Below are positions 14,083 to 23,815 of a stretch of DNA of 64,000 bases, piece by piece; within the stretch, counting starts at the first letter, position 1; the number at the start of each line of letters is the position of its first letter. The translations under genes were made by a program, and so were the position numbers. The notes beneath the pieces were generated by a model. The model made no database searches, had not been told where the DNA came from, and saw only the letters and a program-made list of their open reading frames with translations. Source of the stretch: an uncultured Actinomycetes bacterium (GTDB lineage: Bacteria > Actinomycetota > Actinomycetes > S36-B12 > CAIYMF01). The stretch lies in assembly GCA_963729885.1 (NCBI GenBank), contig CAVSQK010000041.1:9741-73740 (forward strand), given 5' to 3'.

Positions 14083-15511
14083 CTATCGCACGACCTTCTC
14101 GCCCGTGGCCGACTTCACGATCGTGAACTGGTCGAGGACACCTCCCGGGCCGAACGGGGAGGTCGACCCGGAACCCCGATGGGTCACGACGGCCCTGTAC
14201 GACAGGGTGTCGCCGGCGATCGTGATGACCTGGTAGGTCGAGGTCGCCGCTGCCCACACCGTGCGCCTGGCGCGGTTGAGCGCCCAGTCCGCGTCGGTCA
14301 CCTCGTAGTACTTCGGGCCGGAGACGCTGACCGCGAACACCGGACCGTTGGGTGTCCGGGAGCCCCGGGCGTACGAGTGGTCGTGGCCGGAGAGCACCAG
14401 GTCCACATTCCTGCGCTCGATGATGGGCAACCAGAGATCGCGGACCTCCGCGTTGGTCCGCCCCGGTCGGGTCGCGAACGGGCGGTGCGTGCATGACCAC
14501 GATGGACCACCGGGTCGGGTTCTCCGCGAGGGCCTTGTCGAGGAAGGCGGCCTGCTCGGCCATCCGGCCGCCGAACGAGTCGAGGACCACGATGCGCACG
14601 CCCTGGTAGTCGACGTGGAACCACGTCTCCCCCTGCTCGGGGAACCCGTTGTCCGGCCAGTCGAAGTACGAGCGGAAGGCCTCGGCCTGGTTCGAGTCGC
14701 ACCGGGTCACCAGCACGCACTGCTCGTGGTTGCCGATCGAGACCACCCAGTTCCGGGTCCGCGCCGAAGTACCCATCGCCGCGAAGAGGTCGGCCCATTG
14801 GGATCCCTTGTACGGCCGGTCGACGACATCGCCCGCCTGGAGGATCAGCTGCGCATCGGGGGCGTCGGCCAGGGCCCGGCGCAGGGTGGCGCGCGGCACG
14901 CCGCGATTGTCGACCTGCGTGTCCCCGAGCCCGATCATGGTCAGCGAGGGGGCGGCCGGGTTGGCGGTCGTGAAGGTGCGCCAGGTGCTGGAGCCGCGGG
15001 ATGTCACGATCCGGTACTGGTAGGCGGTGCCCGGCGTGAGCCCGGTCAGGGTCGCCGAGTAGCGCGGCTGGGCGGAGCCGGAGTACTTCACGGAGGTGGC
15101 CGGGGCACGGGTGGCGCGCACCTGCTTCGCGGGCGACCCGGGGACGCGGTACTGGACCCTCTGGCCCTTGGTGCGCACGCCCATCGTCCAGGAGATGCGC
15201 TGCGAGGTCGCCGGATCCGCGGCAGGGGTCAGCAGGATCCGCGACGGACCCGAGGAGCTCTCGGCCGCGGGCACCCGTGCGAGCACGGACAGGCCGGTCG
15301 GCCCGGCACCGGGGCGGGCGGCAGCCATCGCGGCGACGGCAGGGGCGCCGGCGGGCATGGAGGTGCCTGCCGTCACGGTGGCGACAGCAGGCACCGGGAC
15401 GGCTGTGGGCCCCGGGACGGCCGCTGGCACTGCTGCACCCATCAGCGCGGGGATGGTCGCCGCCACCACGAGCAGGCCGAGCACCCTGGGACGAACCGCG
15501 AAGCGTTCCAC
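14083..15511 (-). pseudogene. secreted metallophosphoesterase with a purple-acid-phosphatase-type N-terminal domain; one frameshift
   Basis: GTG at 15511 followed by a signal-like VERFAVRPRVLGLLVVAATIPALMGAAV in ORF 14054..15613. Motifs: GLTPGTAYQYRI, GLGDTQ, QAGDVVD, GNHE. After WSIVVMHAP (about 14470) the sequence continues in ORF 14083..14430 (VDLVLSGHDHSYAR...). Confidence 0.75.
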
Positions 15512-15777
15512 GCGTCGACGGTACCAACGCTCGACCCCTGCGGAGCCCAAGGCGAGGCTAAGGCCGGCGCTTCGCGACGGCGATGCCGTCACCCAGACGA
15601 CCAACCCGGACACGCCCGACCGCGTGGCGTCGATCGCGCACGATTCGCACGTTCACGACGCCGTCGCGATCCCCACGGTCGTTGACCGCACACGGAATGG
15701 GCGTTCTGACCCTCTGCGAGCCGGCCATTCCGCTCACATCATGTGCGGTGGGCCACGGGCCCGACCTGGGCGGGAGG

Positions 15778-16656
15778 CTATTCGTGCAAATCGAGTGCGG
15801 CGGCGGCGATCGCGGCGAACTGGGCGACGTCGAGGGCCTCGCCACGGGCTGTCGGGTCGACGCCGGCGGCCTCGAGCAGCTCCACGGCGCGCCCGGAGCC
15901 GCCTGCCCACGTTGCCAGGGCCGAGCGCAGCATCTTGCGGCGCTGGGCGAACGCCGCGTCGACCACGGCGAACACGTCGGCGCGGTCGACGTCGTCACGG
16001 GGCGGCGGCCTGCGGATGAGCTCGACGAGGCCCGAGTCCACGTTCGGCACCGGCCAGAACACCGTGCGCCCGACGAGCCCGGCCTGGCGGACGTCGGCGA
16101 ACCAGCGCGCCTTCACCGACGGCACGCCGTAGACACGCGAGCCGGGCGGCGCGGCCAGGCGCTCGGCGACCTCCAGCTGCACCATCACCAGCGCCCGTTG
16201 GATGGTCGGGAAGGTCGTCATCAGGTGCAGCAGGACCGGGACGCTGATGTTGTAGGGCAGGTTGGCGACCAGGGCTGTCGGGGCGACCGGCAGGTCGGTG
16301 ATCCGCAGCGCGTCGGCGGGCACCACGGTGAGCCGCTCGGCGAGATCCGGCGCGCGCTGGGACACCGTCACCGGCAGCTGCCCGGCCAGCACCGGATCGA
16401 CCTCGACCGCAACCACGTGCGCGACGGCGTCGAGCAGCGCCAGGGTCAGCGACCCCAGCCCGGGCCCGACCTCGAGCACCACGTCATCGGCACCCACACC
16501 GGACACGCGCACGATCCGGCGCACGGTGTTGGCATCGATGACGAAGTTCTGCCCCAGGGTCTTGGTCGGGCGCAGGCCCAGCTGCGCGGCCAGCGCGCGG
16601 ACCTCCGCCGGTCCGAGCAGGGCCGCGTGGGCCCCACCCTCGCCCGGGTGGGTCAC
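15778..16656 (-). CDS. rsmA: 16S rRNA (adenine1518/1519-N6)-dimethyltransferase
   Basis: ORF 15778..16656 carries [28 protein letters not shown] and ANLPYNIS. Confidence 0.9.
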   Translation of the reverse strand: MTHPGEGGAHAALLGPAEVRALAAQLGLRPTKTLGQNFVIDANTVRRIVRVSGVGADDVVLEVGPGLGSLTLALLDAVAHVVAVEVDPVLAGQLPVTVSQRAPDLAERLTVVPADALRITDLPVAPTALVANLPYNISVPVLLHLMTTFPTIQRALVMVQLEVAERLAAPPGSRVYGVPSVKARWFADVRQAGLVGRTVFWPVPNVDSGLVELIRRPPPRDDVDRADVFAVVDAAFAQRRKMLRSALATWAGGSGRAVELLEAAGVDPTARGEALDVAQFAAIAAAALDLHE

Positions 16657-17522
16657 GCCCAGGCCCCGAACGCCCGCACCGTGTTGGCGTGCAGGTCGTC
16701 GCAGAGCGTGGCCAGGTCCTCGCCGCGGAGCTCAGCGAGCCGGCGCACCGTCAACGGCACGAGGTAGCTGGCGTTGACCCGGCCCCGGTGGGGCGTGGGC
16801 GTCAGGAACGGGGCGTCGGTCTCGACGAGGATCCGGTCACGCGGCACGACCGGCGCGGCGGCGTGCAGGTCGCGGGCATTGGCGAACGTGACCGTCCCGG
16901 CGAACGACACGTACCAGCCGTGCTCAGCGGCGATCCGGGCCATCGGCTCGTCTCCGGAGAAGCAGTGGAACACCACGACGTCCGGCAGGCCCGCACCGGC
17001 GAGCTCGTCGAGGAGCACCCGGATGACGTCGTCGTGGGAGTCCCGGTCGTGGATCACCAGGGCCCGGCCGAGCCGTCGCGCCATGTCGATGTGCGCACGG
17101 AACGACTGCTCCTGGATCGCCCAGCCCTCCGGCTCGCGGGTGCGGAAGAAGTCCAGGCCGGTCTCGCCGACCCCCCGGACCCGGGCTGAGCCCGCCGCCA
17201 GCTGCTCCACCGTGGCGATCGCCGCGTCGAGCTCCCCCCGGGCCGCCAGCCTCGGCGCCTCGTTCGGATGGATGCCGATCGCGGCCACGATCCCCGGGTT
17301 CGCCTCAGCCATCGCGACCGCGGCGTGCACGTCGCGGATCGAGCAGCCCACCTGGACGATTCCCGTCACGTTGACCGACGCGGCCGCCGCCACCGCGTCC
17401 GCGGGGCTCAGGGCATCCTCGTCGCCGCCGCGCATGTCGATGTGGCAGTGCGAGTCGATGACCGGCCGCGGCAGCGGCTCGGGCAGGGGCGGTCGATGGG
17501 TGACCGTGGCGGCATCAGGCAC
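16653..17522 (-). CDS. tatD: TatD family metal-dependent hydrolase/DNase
   Basis: GTG at 17522 in ORF 16653..17768. Motifs: [28 protein letters not shown] and [12 protein letters not shown]. It overlaps the metG stop by 8 nt and the rsmA start by 4 nt. Confidence 0.85.
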   Translation of the reverse strand: MPDAATVTHRPPLPEPLPRPVIDSHCHIDMRGGDEDALSPADAVAAAASVNVTGIVQVGCSIRDVHAAVAMAEANPGIVAAIGIHPNEAPRLAARGELDAAIATVEQLAAGSARVRGVGETGLDFFRTREPEGWAIQEQSFRAHIDMARRLGRALVIHDRDSHDDVIRVLLDELAGAGLPDVVVFHCFSGDEPMARIAAEHGWYVSFAGTVTFANARDLHAAAPVVPRDRILVETDAPFLTPTPHRGRVNASYLVPLTVRRLAELRGEDLATLCDDLHANTVRAFGAWA

Positions 17523-19134
17523 CGGCGGGAGCCTCCTCGGGCAGCCGCGGGAACAGCGCGGCACCCTTGGTGACGCGCACCCCAGCGGGAAGCTGGCCCC
17601 AGCGGCTGACGTCCTCGACGCGCTGGTCGCCGATCGGGCCCAGGCCCTCGGCCGCACCGATCGACTCCCACAGCGTGCCCATCGCGCGCGGCATGACCGC
17701 GTTGTGCAGCACGGCCACGGCCCGCAGGGCCTCGCACGTCGTGTACAGCACGGTCGCGAGCCGCTCACGGGCCACCGGGTCGTCGACCCGCTTGGCCAGG
17801 GCCCACGGCTCCTGCTCGGTCACGTACAGGTTCACCGCATCCACGTAGGCCTTCACCGCCCCGATGCCCACGGAGAAGTCCAGCTTCGAGTAGGCCCCGT
17901 CGGCGTCCTGCACCGCCGTGAGCAGCGCGTCGGCCAGCGCCAGGTCGGCGTTGGCGAAGGGACCCGGCTCCGGCAGCAGCCCGTCGAAGTACTTGCCCAC
18001 CATGGCGGTCGCCCGGGAGCCGAGGTTGCCCAGGCCGTTGGCCAGCTCGGAGGTGTACCGGGCGGACATGTCCTCCCACGAGAACGACCCGTCGTTGCCG
18101 AACTGGATCGCACGCAGGAAGTAGTAGCGGAAGGCGTCCACCCCGAAGTGGTCGATGATCTGCTCGGGGGCGATCCCGGTGAGCTTGCTCTTGCTCATCT
18201 TCTCCCCGCCCACCAGCAGCCACCCGTGGGCGTACACCTGCCCCGGGAGGGGGAGCCCGGCGGCCATCAGCATCGCCGGCCAGATCACCGCGTGGAAGCG
18301 CAGGATGTCCTTGCCGACCAGGTGGATGTCCGCCGGCCACGTGGCCGCGAACTTCGCGGCACCCGATGCCGGCGGCTCGTCGCCGAGGCCCACGGCGGTG
18401 GCGTAGTTGAGCAGCGCGTCGAACCACACGTACACGACCTGCGAGGTGTCCCACGGCACGGGGATGCCCCAGTCGAAGCTCGACCGCGAGATGGACAGGT
18501 CCTGCAGCCCGCCGCGGATGAACGACGTGACCTCGTTGTGCGCGCTCTGCGGCGCGACCGCGTCGGGGTGGTCGGCGTAGTGCGCGAGCAATGCGTCGCC
18601 GAAAGCCGAGAGCCGGAAGAACCAGTTGGTCTCCGAGACGATCTCCACCGGACGGCTGTGCACGGGGCACAGCATCTGGCCCGCGAACTCCCCCGTCCCC
18701 GGGACGAGGTCGCCGGCGAGCTTGAACTCCTCGCAGCCCACGCAGTACGGGCCCTCGTAGTCCCCGGAGTAGATGTGCCCGGAGTCCTTGAGCAGGGTCA
18801 GGAAGTGCTGCACGCGCGCCTCGTGGCGCCGCTCCGTGGTGCGGATGAAGTCGTCGTTGGCCACGTCGAGCGTCGCCAGGACGGGCTTCCAGTGCTCGGC
18901 GACCAGCCGGTCGGCCCACTGCTGGGGCGAGACGCCCGCGGCCTGCGCGGTGCGCAGGACCTTCTCCCCATGCTCATCGGTGCCCGTCAGCAGCCACACG
19001 TCCTCGCCGCGCTGGCGGTGCCAGCGGCAGATCGTGTCGGCAGCCACGGTCGTGTAGGCGTGCCCGATGTGCGGGGCGTCGTTGACGTAGTAGATGGGCG
19101 TGGTGACGTAGAACGCCTTGCCGGTCGGGCTCAT
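17515..19134 (-). CDS. metG: methionine--tRNA ligase
   Basis: ORF 17515..19134 has the HIGH motif (PHIGHAYTT), the KMSKS motif (GEKMSKSK) and CxxC in the connective peptide (YCVGCEEF). Confidence 0.95.
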   Translation of the reverse strand: MSPTGKAFYVTTPIYYVNDAPHIGHAYTTVAADTICRWHRQRGEDVWLLTGTDEHGEKVLRTAQAAGVSPQQWADRLVAEHWKPVLATLDVANDDFIRTTERRHEARVQHFLTLLKDSGHIYSGDYEGPYCVGCEEFKLAGDLVPGTGEFAGQMLCPVHSRPVEIVSETNWFFRLSAFGDALLAHYADHPDAVAPQSAHNEVTSFIRGGLQDLSISRSSFDWGIPVPWDTSQVVYVWFDALLNYATAVGLGDEPPASGAAKFAATWPADIHLVGKDILRFHAVIWPAMLMAAGLPLPGQVYAHGWLLVGGEKMSKSKLTGIAPEQIIDHFGVDAFRYYFLRAIQFGNDGSFSWEDMSARYTSELANGLGNLGSRATAMVGKYFDGLLPEPGPFANADLALADALLTAVQDADGAYSKLDFSVGIGAVKAYVDAVNLYVTEQEPWALAKRVDDPVARERLATVLYTTCEALRAVAVLHNAVMPRAMGTLWESIGAAEGLGPIGDQRVEDVSRWGQLPAGVRVTKGAALFPRLPEEAPAGA

Positions 19135-19197
19135 GGGGAGATTCTAGTTGGGCGCGCGCGACCCCTCCTGCGAGCGCGCGTGCGGCACGATGGGCCC

Positions 19198-20076
19198 ATG
19201 CCCGACTCGACGGACGCCACCTCCGATGCGCCGGGGACCCTGGTCCTCGCCGGGACCCCCCTGGGCAATCCTGCCGACGCCTCCCCGAGGCTGGCGCTCC
19301 TGCTCGCGTCGGCCGACCTGGTCGCTGCGGAGGACACCCGCAGGCTGCGCAGGCTGCTGGCGGACATGGGCGTGACGCGCACCGGGCCGGTGGTGTCGTA
19401 CTACGAGGACGTCGAGCGCGAGCGGCTGCCCCGGCTGCTCGAGGTGCTGTCCGGCGGTGGCACGGTCGCCCTGGTGACCGACGCGGGGATGCCGTCCGTG
19501 AGCGACCCCGGGTACCGGGCCGCGCGGGCTGCGCTGGACGCGGGGCACCGACTCACGTCCCTGCCCGGGCCCTCGGCCGTGACCACCGCCCTGGCCGTGT
19601 CCGGGCTGCCGTGCGACCGCTTCTGCTTCGAGGGATTCCTCCCACGCAAGCCGGCCGAGCGGCGATCCCGGCTGGCCGAGCTCGCCGACGAGCCGCGGAC
19701 CCAGGTGTACTTCGAGTCCCCGAGGCGGCTGGCGGCGACCCTGGTCGACATGGCCCAGGCGTTCGGCGCCGAGCGCCCGGCCGCGGTCTGCCGCGAGCTG
19801 TCCAAGACCTACGAGGAGGTCCTGCGCGGCGGGCTCGGCGAGCTCGCCGGATGGGCTCAGGACGATGTGCGAGGCGAGATCACCCTGGTGGTCCAGGGGG
19901 CGCCGGCCCGGACCGGTGGGGAGACCGACGCCGCCGGTCTGGCGGCACGGGTGGCGGCGCTCGAGGCGCAGGGCATCGGGCGCAGGGAGGCCATCGGGCT
20001 GGTGGCCAGCAGCACCGGGGCTCCGAAGCGGTCGGTGTACGACGCCGTGGTGGCGCACAAGCCGCGCGAGCAGTGA
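19198..20076 (+). CDS. rsmI: 16S rRNA (cytidine1402-2'-O)-methyltransferase
   Basis: ATG at 19198, in frame with the last 293 codons of ORF 16774..20076. Motifs: LVLAGTPLGNPADASPRL, AEDTRRL, LVTDAGMPSVSDPG and ESPRRL. Confidence 0.9.
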   Translation: MPDSTDATSDAPGTLVLAGTPLGNPADASPRLALLLASADLVAAEDTRRLRRLLADMGVTRTGPVVSYYEDVERERLPRLLEVLSGGGTVALVTDAGMPSVSDPGYRAARAALDAGHRLTSLPGPSAVTTALAVSGLPCDRFCFEGFLPRKPAERRSRLAELADEPRTQVYFESPRRLAATLVDMAQAFGAERPAAVCRELSKTYEEVLRGGLGELAGWAQDDVRGEITLVVQGAPARTGGETDAAGLAARVAALEAQGIGRREAIGLVASSTGAPKRSVYDAVVAHKPREQ

Positions 20077-20086
20077 GGTCCGTCGG

Positions 20087-21652
20087 TCAGACCCAGGTGG
20101 GCATCCACATGCGCCAGTCCCAGCGCTCGTAGGGCAGCACCTGCCCGGTCCAGATCGGCAGGAAGAACCAGGCCGAGGCGATGATGAGCAGCAGGACCGT
20201 TCCCGCGGCCAGGATCCCCCACTGCCGGCGCGTGGCCGTGGCGTCGGGTCCCCCCGCGAGACTGGCCAGCGAGATGGCGAGCATGCCGGCCAGGAACGGG
20301 ACGTACACGATGGCGTAGAACGTGAAGATCGTCCGCCCGTGGAACACCATCCACGGCAGCCAGCCGGCCAGGAAACCGACAAGCAGGGCGCCGCTGCGCC
20401 AGTCGCGCCCGGCCACGGCACGCCAGGTGTTGTGGAACAGGGCCAGGAGGCCGGCCCACCAGATGAGGGGGTTCCCGAGGGCCAGGACCTCCTCGGCGCA
20501 GCGATCGGAGCCGCAGACGCCCGTGGGCGACTCGTAGTAGAACGACGTGGGCCGGGACATCACCGGCCACGACCACGCGCTGGACCTGTAGGAGTGCGGC
20601 GAGTCCAGCCCGACATGGAACGACCAGGCGGCACGGTGGTACTCGGCCAGGGAGCGCAGGGCGTCGGGGACCAGCGGCCAGCCCGCGTTCGTCGCTGCCC
20701 AGTCGCGGTCGTACCCGCCCTCGGTCACGAGCCACCCGGTCCAGGTGGCCAAGTAGGCGACGGAGCCGACGCCCACGATGCTCAGGAACGCCGGGATCGC
20801 ATCACGCACCAGGACCGCGTGGAACGGCCGCCCGGCGCCGAGCTCACGGCGCACCTGCAGGTCCCAGTAGACGGTCAGCAGGCCGAAGAGGGCCACGTAC
20901 CACAGGCCGCTCCACTTGACCCCGCACGCCAGCCCGAGGGCCACACCGGCTGCGATCCGCCATGGCCGCAGGCCGAATCCCGGGCCGAGGATGACCGGGT
21001 TGCCCTCCCAGAGGGTTCGCCACGCGTCGGCCCGGCGCCGGACGGCATCACGATCGAGGAGCAGGAACCCGAAGGCCGCCAGCACGAAGAACATCAGGGC
21101 CATGTCCAGCAGGGCGGTCCGGCTCATCACCAGGTGCAGCCCGTCGAGGGCCACCAGCAGCCCGGCAACGGTCCCGACGAGGTCGGACCGGGTGAGCCGG
21201 CGGATGATCCGGGCGGTCATCAGCACGCTGAGCGTCCCGAGCACCGCGACGCCGAACCGCCATCCGAACGGGACCACGCCGAAGGCCCACTCGCCGGCGG
21301 CGATCACCCACTTGCCCAGCGGCGGGTGCACGACGAAGGACGCGGCGTCCTTGAAGATGTCGAGCTGGTCCCAGGGCGCGTCCTGGGCGAGGATCGCGTC
21401 GTCCGCCCCGTCGATCGCCTGTCGCTCGTACCCGAACCTCAGGAGGGCCAGCGCGTCCTTCACGTAGTACGTCTCGTCGAAGATGATCGCGTCGGGCCGT
21501 CCCAGGTTCACGAAGCGCAGCAGGCCGGCCAGGATCGTGACCAGCAGCGGCCCCACCCACCCGCGCAGCCCGTGGGAGGGCATGGGCCGATGCAGCGACC
21601 GGACCGGGGGCGTCGCCTCGGCCGCAGCCGGCAGCTCCACGGTCACGGACAC
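20087..21652 (-). CDS. pmt: dolichyl-phosphate-mannose--protein O-mannosyltransferase (PMT family, GT39)
   Basis: ORF 20087..21652 is a polytopic membrane protein with FDETYYVKDA and HPPLGKW motifs. It occupies the position of Rv1002c next to rsmI. Confidence 0.85.
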   Translation of the reverse strand: MSVTVELPAAAEATPPVRSLHRPMPSHGLRGWVGPLLVTILAGLLRFVNLGRPDAIIFDETYYVKDALALLRFGYERQAIDGADDAILAQDAPWDQLDIFKDAASFVVHPPLGKWVIAAGEWAFGVVPFGWRFGVAVLGTLSVLMTARIIRRLTRSDLVGTVAGLLVALDGLHLVMSRTALLDMALMFFVLAAFGFLLLDRDAVRRRADAWRTLWEGNPVILGPGFGLRPWRIAAGVALGLACGVKWSGLWYVALFGLLTVYWDLQVRRELGAGRPFHAVLVRDAIPAFLSIVGVGSVAYLATWTGWLVTEGGYDRDWAATNAGWPLVPDALRSLAEYHRAAWSFHVGLDSPHSYRSSAWSWPVMSRPTSFYYESPTGVCGSDRCAEEVLALGNPLIWWAGLLALFHNTWRAVAGRDWRSGALLVGFLAGWLPWMVFHGRTIFTFYAIVYVPFLAGMLAISLASLAGGPDATATRRQWGILAAGTVLLLIIASAWFFLPIWTGQVLPYERWDWRMWMPTWV

Positions 21653-21708
21653 GGCGCAATGCTAGGACGGGCCGGCCGACCCGGCTGCACGCCCCGCCCG
21701 GGGCCGGA

Positions 21709-23321
21709 TCAGGAGGCCGGCGCCGCCGGGGCCTTCTTGGCGGGGGCCTTCTTGGCCGGGCCTTCTTAGCCGGGGCCTTCTTGGCCGGTGCCTTCTTGGC
21801 GGGCGCCTTCTTGGCCGGGGCCTTCTTGGCCGGGGCCCTCGTCGCCCGTGCCTTCGTCGCTGGGGCGGGCGCGCCCGGCTCGGCCACAGGCGTCCCGGAG
21901 TGCAGGCCGAGCGTGGCGTGCGCCTCCGGGTCCGCGATCGCCAGGACCTCGTCGAAGGCCGCCCGGATGCATTCGAGGAACACCTCAGGGTCCGGGATCG
22001 CGCGGGTGTCGATGTTGATGCCCACGTAGGCCATGCCGTGGTAGGTCATCAGGCCCACGTTCGCGGCCGCCCCTGCCTTGGGCGCGAAGGGCACGATCGC
22101 CTGGACCTCGGAGCCTGAGGCGTAGAGCGCGATCGGCGGGCCGGGCACGTTGGTGATGGCCAGGTCACAGCCCTTCATCATCCCCGACGCCACCGACGTG
22201 GCCGCACTCTGCGGGAGGGCGGTCAGCAGCCGGTAGATCGTGTCGCTGACCACCAGCGCCGGCTCCGTGCGCGCCTGCATGAGCAGCGGTGCCAGGCGCT
22301 TGATCCGGGTGGCGGCATCGCCGCTGTCGATCGGCATCGGGAACCGGGCCGGGACCCACCGGTTGCCCGCCGTGTCGTCGCTGGAGGTGCGCATGTTGAC
22401 CGGCATGTTCACGCGCACGTACTCGCACGGGGCGTTGTGGATCTCGTGGTAGGCGGCCACGCCCCCGCCCACGGCCGCCATGTACGTGTCGTTCAGCGTG
22501 CCACCGACCGTCTTCGCCGCCACCTTGAACGGCCGGAACGGCACCTGGATGACGGCCATCCGGACCGACAGCGAGCGGCCGTGCATCAGCGGGCTCAGCG
22601 GCTCATTGGCCGGGGCGAGCAGGCGTGCCGCCGACTGCGCGAACGCTGCACCGGACACCGCAGCCTCACCTGGGTCGGCGGCGACGCGCTCAGCCAGCCC
22701 GATCGCCCCGCCGGTGAGCGCCCGACCGCTCTGGTAGGCGGCGGCGACCGCGAACCGCGTGCCGTTGACGATCCGGCCCGGCAGGCCCAGGACGTCCGGC
22801 TCGGGCGCCGGGGGGAGTTCGCCAAGGGCGGTGGACGGCTCGCGCGAGAGGTCGAACAGGCTCGCGGCCATCGCCATGCCGCCGACGCCGTCGGTGATGG
22901 CGTGGTGCAGCTTCATGATGACCGCCGAGCGCTCACCGTCCCACCCCTGGACCAGGGCCATCTCCCACAGCGGACGGTCGCGGTCGAAGTCCTGCTCGGC
23001 CATCTGCTCGGCGATGCGCATCAACGGCCGGTCGGTCCCGTCGCCGGGGACGTGGAACCGCTTGAGGTGGAAGGCGAGGTCGAAGTTCGGGTCGACCTCC
23101 CAGCGCGGCGGGATCGGGGAGACCGGGTTGCCGATGACCCGCTGGCGCAGCTTGGGGACCGCCAGGGTCATCCGGGTGATCCGTTCGACCAGCAGCTCGA
23201 CCTCCGGGTCGCTGTCGAGCACGGTCATGGCGACGATCACCGAGCGCAGGACCGGGTCCCGCTCCACGCCCCACATCACCGCGTCGAAGGCGCCCATCCG
23301 GTCGAGCCTGTCGTCGGACAT
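21709..23321 (-). CDS. wax ester synthase / diacylglycerol acyltransferase (WS/DGAT) with a basic (P/A)AKKA-repeat C-terminal tail; tail frameshifted as assembled
   Basis: ORF 21048..23321 has the active-site motif HHAITDG and the NVPGPP motif. From about 21860 there are eight (K/R)KA(P/R)A-type repeats. In the repeat at about 21765 a G run is one base shorter than in its neighbours. Restoring it gives ...AKKAPAAPAS* with the stop at 21709. Uncorrected, the ORF runs 660 nt into pmt. Confidence 0.8.
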
Positions 23322-23490
23322 CCCACTCTCCTCACCCGTAGCGGTTCCTGCGCCGAGGCTATCCGGCGCAACGCCACGACGCGCGGGCGCCGGGATCCCG
23401 GCGGGGTCGGTGCGGTCATCGTCGGGCTGAGGGGATCCGTCGGTCGCCCACAGGGCGACGTCCTCCCGAGTCCCCCGGTGCAGCCAGCAC

Positions 23491-23532
23491 GAATGCCAGG
23501 GCCCGGGGGGACATCCCCGGGCCCTGGCATTC
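23491..23532 (-). terminator. 18-bp perfect hairpin (second module)
   Basis: GAATGCCAGGGCCCGGGG-ggacat-CCCCGGGCCCTGGCATTC. Confidence 0.4.
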
Positions 23533-23604
23533 TGTGGAGCTGAGGGGTCCGTCGGTCGCCCACCGGGCGACCTCCTCCCGAGTCCCCACTCTGCTGAGAC
23601 ACCA

Positions 23605-23648
23605 CAATGAGAGGGACCCCCGGGAACAACCGGGGGTCCCTCTCATTG
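23605..23648 (-). terminator. 19-bp perfect hairpin immediately 3' of tRNA-Ala
   Basis: CAATGAGAGGGACCCCCGG-gaacaa-CCGGGGGTCCCTCTCATTG abuts the tRNA discriminator base at 23649. Confidence 0.6.
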
Positions 23649-23721
23649 TGGAGCTGAGGGGACTCGAACCCCTGACCCCCTCGATGCGAACGAGGTGCGC
23701 TACCAGCTGCGCTACAGCCCC
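23649..23721 (-). tRNA. tRNA-Ala (anticodon CGC)
   Basis: Reverse complement: GGGGCTGTAGCGCAGCTGGTAGCGCACCTCGTTCGCATCGAGGGGGTCAGGGGTTCGAGTCCCCTCAGCTCCA. It has the G3:U70 identity pair, anticodon loop TT-CGC-AT and a TTCGAGT T-loop. Confidence 0.9.
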
Positions 23722-23815
23722 TTGAGCCCTCCTAGGGTACCCAGTCCCGGGCGCGAGGACCAAACCACCGCAGGCCGCGCCAGCCCGCCGGACGCCATGG
23801 CCGGCTGCGGGCTGG

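Larger units (their letters stand above)
23426..23648 (-). repeat. tandem ~113-bp modules downstream of tRNA-Ala, each re-using the tRNA 3' end and followed by a long hairpin
   Basis: GCTGAGGGG (complement of tRNA-Ala positions near the 3' end) recurs at 23426, 23539 and 23652. Units 23426..23475 and 23533..23587 are near-identical and contain the stem GTCGCCC-N3-GGGCGAC. Copy 23533..23547 matches 15 nt of the tRNA 3' end. Confidence 0.75.

Noticed and set aside
15512-15777. A 266-bp gap between the phosphoesterase and rsmA genes, where mycobacteria carry rpfB nearby. I looked for an rpf remnant or a c-di-AMP (ydaO-type) riboswitch.
   Set aside because: No Rpf/G5/transglycosylase-like translation appears in any frame, and I could recognise no riboswitch core. 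It is treated as ordinary intergenic DNA.
16774-20076. A 1100-aa plus-strand ORF spanning tatD, metG and rsmI.
   Set aside because: Only the last 293 codons (from ATG 19198) have RsmI motifs. The upstream 2.4 kb is the antisense shadow of tatD and metG, with Arg/Pro/Gly-rich nonsense typical of 70% GC DNA.
21720-22030. Tandem GGCCTTCTTGGC DNA repeats and the small ORFs 21766..21972, 21781..22029 and 21788..22018 as independent features.
   Set aside because: The repeats are the coding sequence of the AKKAP tail of the WS/DGAT on the minus strand. The small ORFs are alternative-frame or antisense readings of the same repeat.
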